Position numbers and translations under genes: made by a program
Assembly: GCA_009917695.1 (NCBI GenBank)
Contig: JAACJG010000007.1
Span: forward strand, 101,750 to 165,749
Reading direction: 5' to 3'
From: Candidatus Rifleibacterium amylolyticum
Lineage (GTDB): Bacteria; Muiribacteriota; Ozemobacteria; Ozemobacterales; Ozemobacteraceae
Length of the DNA stretch: 64,000 nucleotides
Notes under the pieces: model-generated
Seen by the model: only the letters and a program-made list of their open reading frames with translations
Told to the model about the DNA's origin: nothing
The model's database searches: none
Shown: positions 1-8,177 of the stretch, one piece after another
How the letters are laid out: every line of letters starts with the position of its first letter
Position numbering within the stretch: position 1 is the first letter of the stretch

Positions 1-283
1 ATTTGCGGGCGCGGGCAAATTGCTGCATGAACTCGGGTATATCGGCATTATCAGGCACCTCTTCGACATGCAGTTTTATGCCAAGTTCTGCCAGACGCCC
101 GGCCAGTTCCTGCAGGCAGGCCAGCCAGAAACTGAGCTTTGCCGGTGATTCGTTCTGCTTCTGCCATTGCAATGGAGTAATAAGAGCGACCGCAACAACG
201 CCGCCGCCGGCAGCAGTAGCCTGATACAAAGCACGGTTATCGCTCACCCGCAGATCGCGGCGGAACCACATCAGCGCAGTCAT
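1..283 (-). CDS. Deoxyribodipyrimidine photolyase/cryptochrome family, N-terminal fragment (gene continues beyond window start)
   Basis: Not in the ORF track because no stop lies in the window. Reverse-strand translation from the ATG at 283-281 reads MTALMWFRRDLRVSDNRALYQATAAGGGVVAVALITPLQW. This carries the classic photolyase N-terminal WFRRDLRxxDNxAL signature. An AGGAGA RBS lies 8 nt upstream. Confidence 0.7.
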   Translation of the reverse strand, partial: MTALMWFRRDLRVSDNRALYQATAAGGGVVAVALITPLQWQKQNESPAKLSFWLACLQELAGRLAELGIKLHVEEVPDNADIPEFMQQFARARK

Positions 284-317
284 TCAGCAATTCTCCTGAA
301 ACTGCATCGACATCGAA

Positions 318-2792
318 CTAGCTCCCGGGCGCGGTTGTCGGCAGAACTGTCGCAGAATTTTTCACTTCTGACAAAGCAGCTTTTGCCGGCACGTCGATAC
401 TGCGAATGTGCAGATCGTGCTGTGAGAAAGGAATTTCGATGTTATGTTCACGGAACAGGCGGTCTATTTCGCGATTGATTTCGTTTTTGATGGTCAACCG
501 GTTATCAATGTCAGCGACCCAGCAACGTAATTCGAAGTCGAGCGAACTGGCGCCAAAATTGAGAAACAAAACAGAGGGGGCCGGAAATTTCATGATAACC
601 GGATTGTCCTGAGCGATCTGATTGAGAATCCTGGTTACCAGATCTACATCAGAGCCGTAAGCAACGCCCACTGGCACGATCAGGCGCACCTGGCGGTCTG
701 TCAATGTCCAGTTGGTCACAGTTGCAGAAACGAGATCGCTGTTTGGCACTATCATTTCAGAGCGGTCGAAGGTCTCGACAACTGTAGCGCGCAAACCGAG
801 ATTCTTGATCAAACCCCATTCACCGTTGACCTGCACGACATCGCCGACTTTGATCGACCTTTCAAAAAGCAGAATCAGACCACTGGCGAAGTTATTTACA
901 ATGTTCTGCAAACCAAAACCGATACCAACACCGAGAGCACCGATGATCACCGTCAGGTTCTGCATGCCAATGCCCAGTGTCGAAAAAGCCATCGAGATAC
1001 CGACAACGACAAAAGCATAAGAAATCAAGCGATTGATCGATATGCCAACGCCGCGGTCAACCTTTTTACGCGGATAGACTTCTTCGTTAAGAATAGTCTG
1101 AATCATCCAGGAAGCGAACAGAGCGATATAAAGAGCTACGACCGCTGAAACCAGAAGTCCTATCGTTATTTTCAAACCCTGAAAACTGAAGCCCAGTGCG
1201 AGAATCGCGACAGCGGCATGCGAAGCATTGTCAAAAAGTCCCCATACATAGAGCATATTCGAAACGGCCATAAACACGACAAGAACATCAACAATCAATT
1301 CTGAACGCTTTATAAACAGCTTGTAATGTTTATCGACGAGCTTGCTTTTTCTTATGATTTCGCTCTCAAACAACATTTCGATGGCACCATGCGCGACCAG
1401 ATCGATCATCCACGCGATCAGTCCGAGAAAAACAGTCTTGATCAGAACATCGAAAAGATGATTCGACAGCGCGACATAGCCGGCGACCTGCGTGAGAAAA
1501 ACCAGCAGCATTGTTGCTCCACCGATTTTTACGCCGCTATTGTAAAGCAGTGTGGTGTTGTCATCTTTGTTGACCATGGCCCGCCAACGGCAAAACATGG
1601 CGCCAGCCAGACCTACTGCTGCAATAAAAGTTCTCATCAGGGTTATCGGCAGTGAGATGAAATTAAAAAACTGCACCAGCAGGTAGAGAGCGACGATCAT
1701 ATAAATCAGTCGCCGGCGCCAGGGCCTTTCGATAATACCGGCCACCAGTCGGGCCCCGCTGATTGCTACGATACCGGCGAAGACAAGGCTTACCAGGCGA
1801 GGCTTGTCGTCAAACAGTGGGATGGGCAGCAGAATTCCGAGCAACACACTGGCTGAAATGTAGCGCTGAAGAATAAAATCGAGTTTGAGCTGTTCGAGTT
1901 TGCGGTTCTTTATAGTTTTGAAAAAATACACGGCAACGGCAAATATGATCAGCTGCAATACAAATATCCAGCCGTAGGTTGAATAAAAGCCTGCCTTTGG
2001 CAGTTCCAGTGTTGCCAGGCCAAGCCAGAATTCTTCCCAGACCGATGAATTAAACTGCCGGAAAAAGGTCGGTGTGAGCATCGCCGGACGTGACTTGCGA
2101 AACAGATCTTTGCGCATAACAACCAGAAGTTCATCGAGTTCGCTGCCCAGTGCCTGAGCTTCACGCTGCATTTCAAGCACCTGCTGCTGGAAGCCGACTA
2201 ACGGTGTCTCGAGATCAGTCATACTTTTAAGAGCCTGACGTATGTGCCTTTCAGCTTCATTAAAAATTGTCTTTACCGAGCCGCTGGTATTATCAGCCAG
2301 CGCTACTTTGCTTTCTGCCCAGCTTGCTTCCTGGGCTTTCCAGCTCTGTTTGAGTGCTGCCGCCTTTTCCAGCTTTTCGCTGGCAAGTTGTGATTCGCGA
2401 CTGATAGCTTCGAGTATGGCACGGGCATCGCTACGCAACTGGGAAATCTGTTCAAATCCATAGCTGCCAGCGCCCTTGGTCTCGTTAAGCCTGGTTTTAA
2501 TGTCGGCAATGCGGGTTCTGATTCCCGTCAGTTCTGCTGAAGGTTTTTCCAGATTCTTTAAATCGGCGATCTTCTTTTCAAGCGCGGCAAAATCTTCCTT
2601 GAGAGTTTCAGCCTTGACCACAATACCTGACAGTGATGTTTCTGCCGGCGATTCTGACTGCGAAGCAACCGGAAGCGGCGGACCAAAAATCTGCCCGGAG
2701 TCAGTCTGAGCATCGAGCGTTGCAGAAAAAGTTGCCAGAAACAGCGATAAAAGAAGCGCAGAAACGAATCTGCCACGATAATTTACAAGCAT
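318..2792 (-). CDS. MscS-superfamily mechanosensitive channel, MscK/KefA-like (long coiled-coil periplasmic N-domain, multi-TM, MscS core)
   Basis: 824-aa ORF with a signal peptide and a long helical N-region. The C-terminal MscS core reads GVGIGFGLQNIVNNFASGLILLFERSIKVGDVVQVNGEWGLIKNLGLRATVVETFDRSEMIVPNS. The stop codon is TAG. Confidence 0.9.
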   Translation of the reverse strand: MLVNYRGRFVSALLLSLFLATFSATLDAQTDSGQIFGPPLPVASQSESPAETSLSGIVVKAETLKEDFAALEKKIADLKNLEKPSAELTGIRTRIADIKTRLNETKGAGSYGFEQISQLRSDARAILEAISRESQLASEKLEKAAALKQSWKAQEASWAESKVALADNTSGSVKTIFNEAERHIRQALKSMTDLETPLVGFQQQVLEMQREAQALGSELDELLVVMRKDLFRKSRPAMLTPTFFRQFNSSVWEEFWLGLATLELPKAGFYSTYGWIFVLQLIIFAVAVYFFKTIKNRKLEQLKLDFILQRYISASVLLGILLPIPLFDDKPRLVSLVFAGIVAISGARLVAGIIERPWRRRLIYMIVALYLLVQFFNFISLPITLMRTFIAAVGLAGAMFCRWRAMVNKDDNTTLLYNSGVKIGGATMLLVFLTQVAGYVALSNHLFDVLIKTVFLGLIAWMIDLVAHGAIEMLFESEIIRKSKLVDKHYKLFIKRSELIVDVLVVFMAVSNMLYVWGLFDNASHAAVAILALGFSFQGLKITIGLLVSAVVALYIALFASWMIQTILNEEVYPRKKVDRGVGISINRLISYAFVVVGISMAFSTLGIGMQNLTVIIGALGVGIGFGLQNIVNNFASGLILLFERSIKVGDVVQVNGEWGLIKNLGLRATVVETFDRSEMIVPNSDLVSATVTNWTLTDRQVRLIVPVGVAYGSDVDLVTRILNQIAQDNPVIMKFPAPSVLFLNFGASSLDFELRCWVADIDNRLTIKNEINREIDRLFREHNIEIPFSQHDLHIRSIDVPAKAALSEVKNSATVLPTTAPGS

Positions 2793-2846
2793 GATTACCC
2801 CCTGCTCGACATTGTACCAGCTCCCCGACAGAATTACAAAAAAACC

Positions 2847-3605
2847 TCAGATGCGGCCCATGAGGCGGAGCATGCCGTCGAGGATAGTCCAGGGGTTGGG
2901 CGGGCAGCCTGGAATATAGAGGTCTACCGGAATAATGTCACCGATTCCATTGTTTACCTCGGCATTGTCTCGAAAAATCCCGCCTGATATGGCGCAGGCG
3001 CCAGTAGCTATTACTATTTTTGGCGACGGTAATGCATCATAGGTTTTCAGCAGTGCCAGTTTCATGTTCTGAGTTACCGGACCGGTAACCAGCAGGCCGT
3101 CGGCATGTCGTGGCGAGGCGACGAACTGTATGCCAAATCGCGCCAGATCGAATGCGGGCGTTGTCAATACGTTGCAGTCGGCTTCGCAGGCGTTACAGCC
3201 TCCGGCACTCACCTGTCTGAGCTTGAGCGAACTCCCGAAAAGTTTTCTGAATTCTTCTGGCAGCGCGCGTGCGGTATTGTAGCTTTCGCTGTTGACAATG
3301 AGATCTTCGCGACTGGAAGCCGGCATCGAGAACTCAGTTGAAAAGCGGATGAGACCTGATGGACAGGCGGTTTCACAGGAGCGGCAGAACAGGCAGCGCC
3401 CAAGGTCGATGACCGGGCGGCCTTCGCTGCTGCGTGAAATAGCGCCAGAAGGACAGACTTTGGCACAGGCAGCACAGTTGGCAACACAGCCGCTGGTTTT
3501 GATCTGCGGTCGACCGACATAGCGTGGTGAGAGAACGGGAGCTTTTTCGGGAAACGGGTATGTGCGATACTGTTGATGTAATCTGGCTTTGAGAATATGA
3601 AACAT
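2847..3605 (-). CDS. NuoB/HycG-type [4Fe-4S] small subunit with an N-terminal 2x[4Fe-4S] ferredoxin (HycF/NuoI-like) module
   Basis: Start moved to MFHILK at 3605 (GAGGTAG RBS), just after the stop of the upstream gene. The N-terminal half has CVANCAACAKVCP and CLFCRSCETACP. The C-terminal half has GGCNACEADC, FVASPRHADGLLVTG, GACAISGG and IPGCPPNP, which reads colinear with my recollection of HycG/NuoB. Confidence 0.85.
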   Translation of the reverse strand: MFHILKARLHQQYRTYPFPEKAPVLSPRYVGRPQIKTSGCVANCAACAKVCPSGAISRSSEGRPVIDLGRCLFCRSCETACPSGLIRFSTEFSMPASSREDLIVNSESYNTARALPEEFRKLFGSSLKLRQVSAGGCNACEADCNVLTTPAFDLARFGIQFVASPRHADGLLVTGPVTQNMKLALLKTYDALPSPKIVIATGACAISGGIFRDNAEVNNGIGDIIPVDLYIPGCPPNPWTILDGMLRLMGRI

Positions 3606-3616
3606 GGTAACTACCT

Positions 3617-5107
3617 CTATAGATCGTGCCCGCAATAAGAGAGGTTGAAGCTCTTGTTGCACAGCGGAAAGTCCGAAATTTCCTGGTTTCGCAGCGCCAG
3701 CGCAAGACCATACCAGTTATGAAACGATGGATCGACGATCTTGTAAGCTGCCAGACCACCTGAATTGTCGGTAACAGCGACATGACAAACCTCACCCCGC
3801 CAGCCCTCAGTCAAGGCAACAGCGATCGAATCGGCTGCTGCCGGCGCAGAACAAGTCGGAGCTGCCATAGCATTGTCGATTTCTGCAAGCATGGCCCTTA
3901 TCAGCCGTATCGACTCCTTGAGTTCGAGCCAGCGAATGCGGGCACGCCAGAACACGTCGCCACTTCTGCCAACTGGTAGTTCTGGCTTGTGCTGCTTATA
4001 AGCACCAAAGGGGTGCGAGCACCTGACATCGACCGACAGGCCGCTGGCGCGGCCGGCTGGGCCAACCATACCAATAGCAAGGGCATCTTCCCTGCTGACA
4101 CAGCCTGTCTCTTCAAAGCGCGAAATAACCGACGGAGTGTTCCAGATCAAGCCTATTGCTGATTTAAGGTCGGCTTCGATCAGAGCGAGACGTTCAAGCA
4201 GTGTCGAAACCAGCGCTTTATCGACAGCATGGCCGACACCACCTGGCCGGATCAGGCCGCGGCCAAAACGATTGCCGCAGAGAACGGCGGTAGTGTTGAG
4301 AATATCGCCACGAATGCGGCCGCAGTAAGAAGAAGTCGGTAAAAAGCCGACATCCCCGGCGAGTGCGCCGAGATCACCGGTATGGTTGGCCATGCGCTCG
4401 AGTTCGAGAGCAATACCTCTTACCAGTTCAGCATTCCTGTCGATCTTAAGGCCTTGCAGTGATTCGAGCAACATGGCATGGGCAGTGGTATGGGCTATCG
4501 TGCTGTCGCCAGCTGCAACCTCAATCAGGCGAAGGTTCTGATGCGGCTGATTGCGCATAAGGGCGCGTTCGATACCGCGATGCTGGTACCCGAGTTCTAT
4601 TTCGAGATGCAATACCTTTTCGCCGTGGCATTGAAAGCGAAAGTGCCCGGGCTCGATGACACCTGCATGAACCGGGCCAACCGCAACCTCATGAATCTCT
4701 TCGCCACTCACTTCAAAATAACTGGTCACTCCGGGTATAACCTCTGATTTGCCGTCATCTTTCGCGACGAATCTTATCGGCTTGAGCCATGGATGTCCCG
4801 GAAATTCGACACCGTGCAGCTCGTTGATTTCGCGTTCGAACCAGTGTGCCTGCGGAATATCGGAAGTCAGCGAGGCGAACTCTTTCTGGCAGGGCGTCGC
4901 AAACAGTTTAATGGTGGCGTCAAAATCGTCGCTGACAGCAGCCAGCATAAGATTCTGCCCGTCACGCGGCAGCAAGAACAGGGCAGATAGCCTGCCGTTA
5001 CCGGCTATCAAACTGGCAAGATCATTTCTGAACTGCTGGTTGTCGACAATCTGTATTTCGGCAAACTTAACGGCATCGGTATTTTTTATCTTTGCATGCT
5101 TTTTCAC
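3617..5107 (-). CDS. NuoC-NuoD fusion / HycE-HyfG-like 'large subunit' lacking the [NiFe]-binding cysteines
   Basis: 496-aa ORF. It has a NuoC-like motif (HWFEREINELHGVEFPGHPW) and a HycE-like core (GPVHAGVIEPGHFRFQCHGEKVLHLEIELGYQHRGIE). The L1 position reads EVAAGDSTIAH instead of RxCGxCxxxH. The C-terminus reads NLSYCGHDL instead of DPCxxCxxR. There is no CxxC pair anywhere in the protein. Confidence 0.85.
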   Translation of the reverse strand: MKKHAKIKNTDAVKFAEIQIVDNQQFRNDLASLIAGNGRLSALFLLPRDGQNLMLAAVSDDFDATIKLFATPCQKEFASLTSDIPQAHWFEREINELHGVEFPGHPWLKPIRFVAKDDGKSEVIPGVTSYFEVSGEEIHEVAVGPVHAGVIEPGHFRFQCHGEKVLHLEIELGYQHRGIERALMRNQPHQNLRLIEVAAGDSTIAHTTAHAMLLESLQGLKIDRNAELVRGIALELERMANHTGDLGALAGDVGFLPTSSYCGRIRGDILNTTAVLCGNRFGRGLIRPGGVGHAVDKALVSTLLERLALIEADLKSAIGLIWNTPSVISRFEETGCVSREDALAIGMVGPAGRASGLSVDVRCSHPFGAYKQHKPELPVGRSGDVFWRARIRWLELKESIRLIRAMLAEIDNAMAAPTCSAPAAADSIAVALTEGWRGEVCHVAVTDNSGGLAAYKIVDPSFHNWYGLALALRNQEISDFPLCNKSFNLSYCGHDL

Positions 5108-6582
5108 AGGGCTTTACCTCCCAGCAGCAGTGCGGCACCATCGATGGTGTTGCGCACAAAATCAGGCAGATACAAGCCAAGCAGCAGAGCCGTCGTCAAA
5201 AAGACCACAGGCGGTAATATCTGCCAGAATGATTCACCGGCAGTGCCATCGACTTCCTGCTCGCCTTTTTTGCCAAAGCACATGTGCATGAATATCGTCA
5301 GCATACCGATGAAAACCAGCAGCAGAAAAAGCAGATACAAGGTCGCAACTTTCCAGCTGCCTGACTGCAGAGCAACTCTTACAATGGCAAATTCGCTGTT
5401 GAAAGTGGTGAATGGTGGTGTACCGGTGATCGCAAAAAAGCCGGCGAGCCACAGCGCGCCAGTGAGCGGCATGGCTTTGAGCAGAGCTTTTACGTCTTCG
5501 ACCTTCTTACTGGCATAAACCGCGAGGACATTTCCAGAAAGCAGAAACAACGATGCCTTGACCAGTGAGTGACCAGCGGCATGCAACATGGCAGCTGCTA
5601 TGGCCGAACCGCCAAGGCCGACGCCAAGAGCCAGAATACCCATGTGTTCTACGCTCGAATAGGCAAGCATTCTCTTGTAATCAGGCTGATGCAGAATAAA
5701 GATGCCCGACACGGCGAGAGACAGCAGGCCAAAGATGATCAGCAGTTCATTGGCGAATACTGCGGCACCGGGCACGGCTACACAAACCTGGTATATTCGT
5801 AGAATACCAAGAAAAGCGCAATTGAGCAGCGCACCCGAGAGCATGGCTGACACCGGCGAAGGGGCTTCGCTGTGGGCGTCAGGCAGCCAGGTGTGCATCG
5901 GCGCCAGCCCCATCTTGGTGCCATAGCCGACCAGAAAGAAAATGAACGCCACCTTGAGCCACTCGACCTTGAGATAGCCTGAGAAGAGCGAGAGACCGGC
6001 TGGCGTAAACTGATGAACATGAGAAGAGGTAGCCATGGCGAGAAAGAACACACCCATCAGAGCCAGCGCGATGCCGACCGAACAGATAATCATATATTTC
6101 CAGGCGGCTTCGAGCGAGCGCCGGTTACGGTGATAATAGATCAGCGGCGTGCTCGCCAGGGTTGTAGCTTCAATGCCGATCCACTGCAGACCAAAATGTG
6201 TGCTTAAGATCGCCAGGCTCATGGCTGACAGAAAAAGCTGCATACAGGCTGCAAAAATGGCGTTGCTGTTTCCCGGCATACGCAGACCGGCTATGGCAGG
6301 TCCGTTGAAATGCGGATGCTTGTCGAGATAAACCATCGAATAGGTTGCCGAACCGGTAAAAAGCAGACTGGTAATAACCAGAAACAAACGACTGAGCGCA
6401 TCTAGCCCGATCCAGATGCCGTTGAGTTCACCGGCTGAACCATTGCAGAGCAGAATGCTCATAAAAAGATGAATGAAGGCAACAATTATCAGAAGATTTC
6501 GGCGCACGCGTTCCGAACTGATAAACAGAGATATGACGCCGGTAATAACCGGCAGAATGATGAGAGCATAAGCAGTAATCAT
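5104..6582 (-). CDS. Antiporter-like membrane subunit (NuoM/NuoN / HyfF-HyfD family)
   Basis: 492-aa polytopic ORF with the proton-conducting-transporter core (GLAPMHTWLPDAHSEAPSPVSAMLSGALLN). It has 4-nt overlaps with both neighbouring genes. Confidence 0.85.
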   Translation of the reverse strand: MITAYALIILPVITGVISLFISSERVRRNLLIIVAFIHLFMSILLCNGSAGELNGIWIGLDALSRLFLVITSLLFTGSATYSMVYLDKHPHFNGPAIAGLRMPGNSNAIFAACMQLFLSAMSLAILSTHFGLQWIGIEATTLASTPLIYYHRNRRSLEAAWKYMIICSVGIALALMGVFFLAMATSSHVHQFTPAGLSLFSGYLKVEWLKVAFIFFLVGYGTKMGLAPMHTWLPDAHSEAPSPVSAMLSGALLNCAFLGILRIYQVCVAVPGAAVFANELLIIFGLLSLAVSGIFILHQPDYKRMLAYSSVEHMGILALGVGLGGSAIAAAMLHAAGHSLVKASLFLLSGNVLAVYASKKVEDVKALLKAMPLTGALWLAGFFAITGTPPFTTFNSEFAIVRVALQSGSWKVATLYLLFLLLVFIGMLTIFMHMCFGKKGEQEVDGTAGESFWQILPPVVFLTTALLLGLYLPDFVRNTIDGAALLLGGKAL

Positions 6583-7253
6583 TCGCCGGCCTCCTCATTG
6601 CTGGCAATATCGACAGCCAGATCGGAAAGTTCGTTGAAACGATCGACATCGAGATGATCGAACTCACGGTCGATGTGGAACAACATGATACCCATCAAGA
6701 AAATGCCAACAAAAACGTCGAGCAGAATACCGAGTTCGACATAAACCGAAAATTCGCTGCCGAGGCTGAGTCCGGTTGTAAAAACGCCATTTTCGAGAAC
6801 GAGAAAACCGAGAGTCTGGGTCAGCGCTTTGCGCCTGGTAATCAGCAGAAACAGACCCGAAAAGACCATAAAAAAGCCAGCAATCAGCGTAATCGAAGAG
6901 CTTATCTCAGCAGTGGTCTGCAGACGTTTGACAATATAGCCAGAAACGGCCAGTAGAACGACACCCGACAGGATCGAAGTTCCGAAGCCGATGAATGGTT
7001 CGATCTCGCGGCGGGCCCCGGATTCAAACAGGGCTTTGGTTAGCAGCCAGGGCAAAAGGATGCTTTTGAGACCGATATTGGTAATAGAAAGAATAAGGGC
7101 TGCCGCGCCGATATGGCCGGATCCGGCGACAAAAAGGGGCAGCAGACCAAGCAGAACGCCCTGAAAGGCGACCATACGTATTGATACGAGAAGCCGGCTG
7201 GAACCGAGCAGCAACATACATGAAATCGCGAGTAGTGTAGCTATACCGTTCAT
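6579..7253 (-). CDS. HyfE/HycP-like small membrane subunit (NuoK-related)
   Basis: 224-aa ORF with about 6 TM segments. Its size and its position between the NuoH-like and NuoM/N-like genes match hyfE. It contains the motif LVLENGVFTTGL. Confidence 0.7.
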   Translation of the reverse strand: MNGIATLLAISCMLLLGSSRLLVSIRMVAFQGVLLGLLPLFVAGSGHIGAAALILSITNIGLKSILLPWLLTKALFESGARREIEPFIGFGTSILSGVVLLAVSGYIVKRLQTTAEISSSITLIAGFFMVFSGLFLLITRRKALTQTLGFLVLENGVFTTGLSLGSEFSVYVELGILLDVFVGIFLMGIMLFHIDREFDHLDVDRFNELSDLAVDIASNEEAGE

Positions 7254-7256
7254 AGG

Positions 7257-8177
7257 TTAATTTCCTGACAGCTTGAGAATGAGCGCGATAATCGCCAGCG
7301 CTCCAGACCCGACAATAAATTTGGGAACATGCAGCAATCGAAACCTGGCAATAGTCGATTCAACTACCCCGACAATGATGGCAACCAATGTCATTGCCGC
7401 GGCAAAAGCCAGCAATTGCAGCGGCAGACCCAGCTCGTTTCCGCTGAAAACGAGGCCAACCAGCAGGCTGCTGAAAACTGCCAGCTTGACAGCACCGGCA
7501 AATTCGATAAGAGCGAGATCCTTACTGCTGTAGTCAAGTATCATGACTTCGTGAATCATTGTCAGTTCGAGATGGGTGTTCGGGTCATCGATCGGAATGC
7601 GCGCGTTTTCTACAAGCAGCACTATCATCCAGCTGACAGCGATGAGCAGAAATGTCATCGGATTCTGCCACCAGCACTCGGCCGTCAGCTTTTCGTAGAT
7701 TGCCGAAAGGCTCGTCTGAGAAGTCTCGTTGATCAGTACCAGCAGGCCGCAGAACAGGGCTGGCTCGGCCAGTGCGCTATAAAGCACTTCGCGGGCGGCG
7801 CCCATTCCCTCGAATGCGGAACCGGTATCGAGAGCTGCCAGCACCATGAAAAAGCGCCCGATACCGAGCAGATAGGCGAGAAGGATGATGTCGCCGGTGA
7901 ACGAAATTCCCGCGCTTCTAAATGCGACAGGAACGAGCAGAGCTGCTGACAGAGCCGAGAATAGAATGACAAATGGCGCGATGCGGGTAACGGCTGTCGT
8001 CGTTTCGCTGTAAACCGAAGATTTGCGCAGCAGTTTGGCGATATCGAAATAAAGCTGCAGCACCGGTGGCCCCTGACGACCGCCGAAAAAGGCCTTGGTC
8101 TTGTTGATGATGCCTGGCAGCAGAGGCGAAAGAACTATCATTAGCAGACATATAAGAATTGATGAAGGATTTATCAT
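7257..8177 (-). CDS. NuoH / HycD / HyfC-like membrane subunit
   Basis: 306-aa polytopic ORF. The N-terminus (LLPGIINKTKAFFGGRQGPPVLQLYFDIAKLL) and the later EGMGAAREV motif are typical of HycD/NuoH. It overlaps the upstream gene by 4 nt. Confidence 0.85.
   Translation of the reverse strand: MINPSSILICLLMIVLSPLLPGIINKTKAFFGGRQGPPVLQLYFDIAKLLRKSSVYSETTTAVTRIAPFVILFSALSAALLVPVAFRSAGISFTGDIILLAYLLGIGRFFMVLAALDTGSAFEGMGAAREVLYSALAEPALFCGLLVLINETSQTSLSAIYEKLTAECWWQNPMTFLLIAVSWMIVLLVENARIPIDDPNTHLELTMIHEVMILDYSSKDLALIEFAGAVKLAVFSSLLVGLVFSGNELGLPLQLLAFAAAMTLVAIIVGVVESTIARFRLLHVPKFIVGSGALAIIALILKLSGN

Noticed and set aside
3-478. Plus-strand ORFs 3..224, 167..478 and 406..612 at the window start
   Set aside because: The minus strand encodes a clear photolyase N-terminus (1-283) and the C-terminus of the MscS-family channel. 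The plus-strand ORFs are shadows.
3617-5107. Annotating the cluster as a formate hydrogenlyase or hydrogenase-4
   Set aside because: The large subunit has no CxxC pairs at either Ni-binding position. No maturation protease, hyp genes or formate dehydrogenase are linked. It is called hydrogenase-related (Ehr-type) instead.
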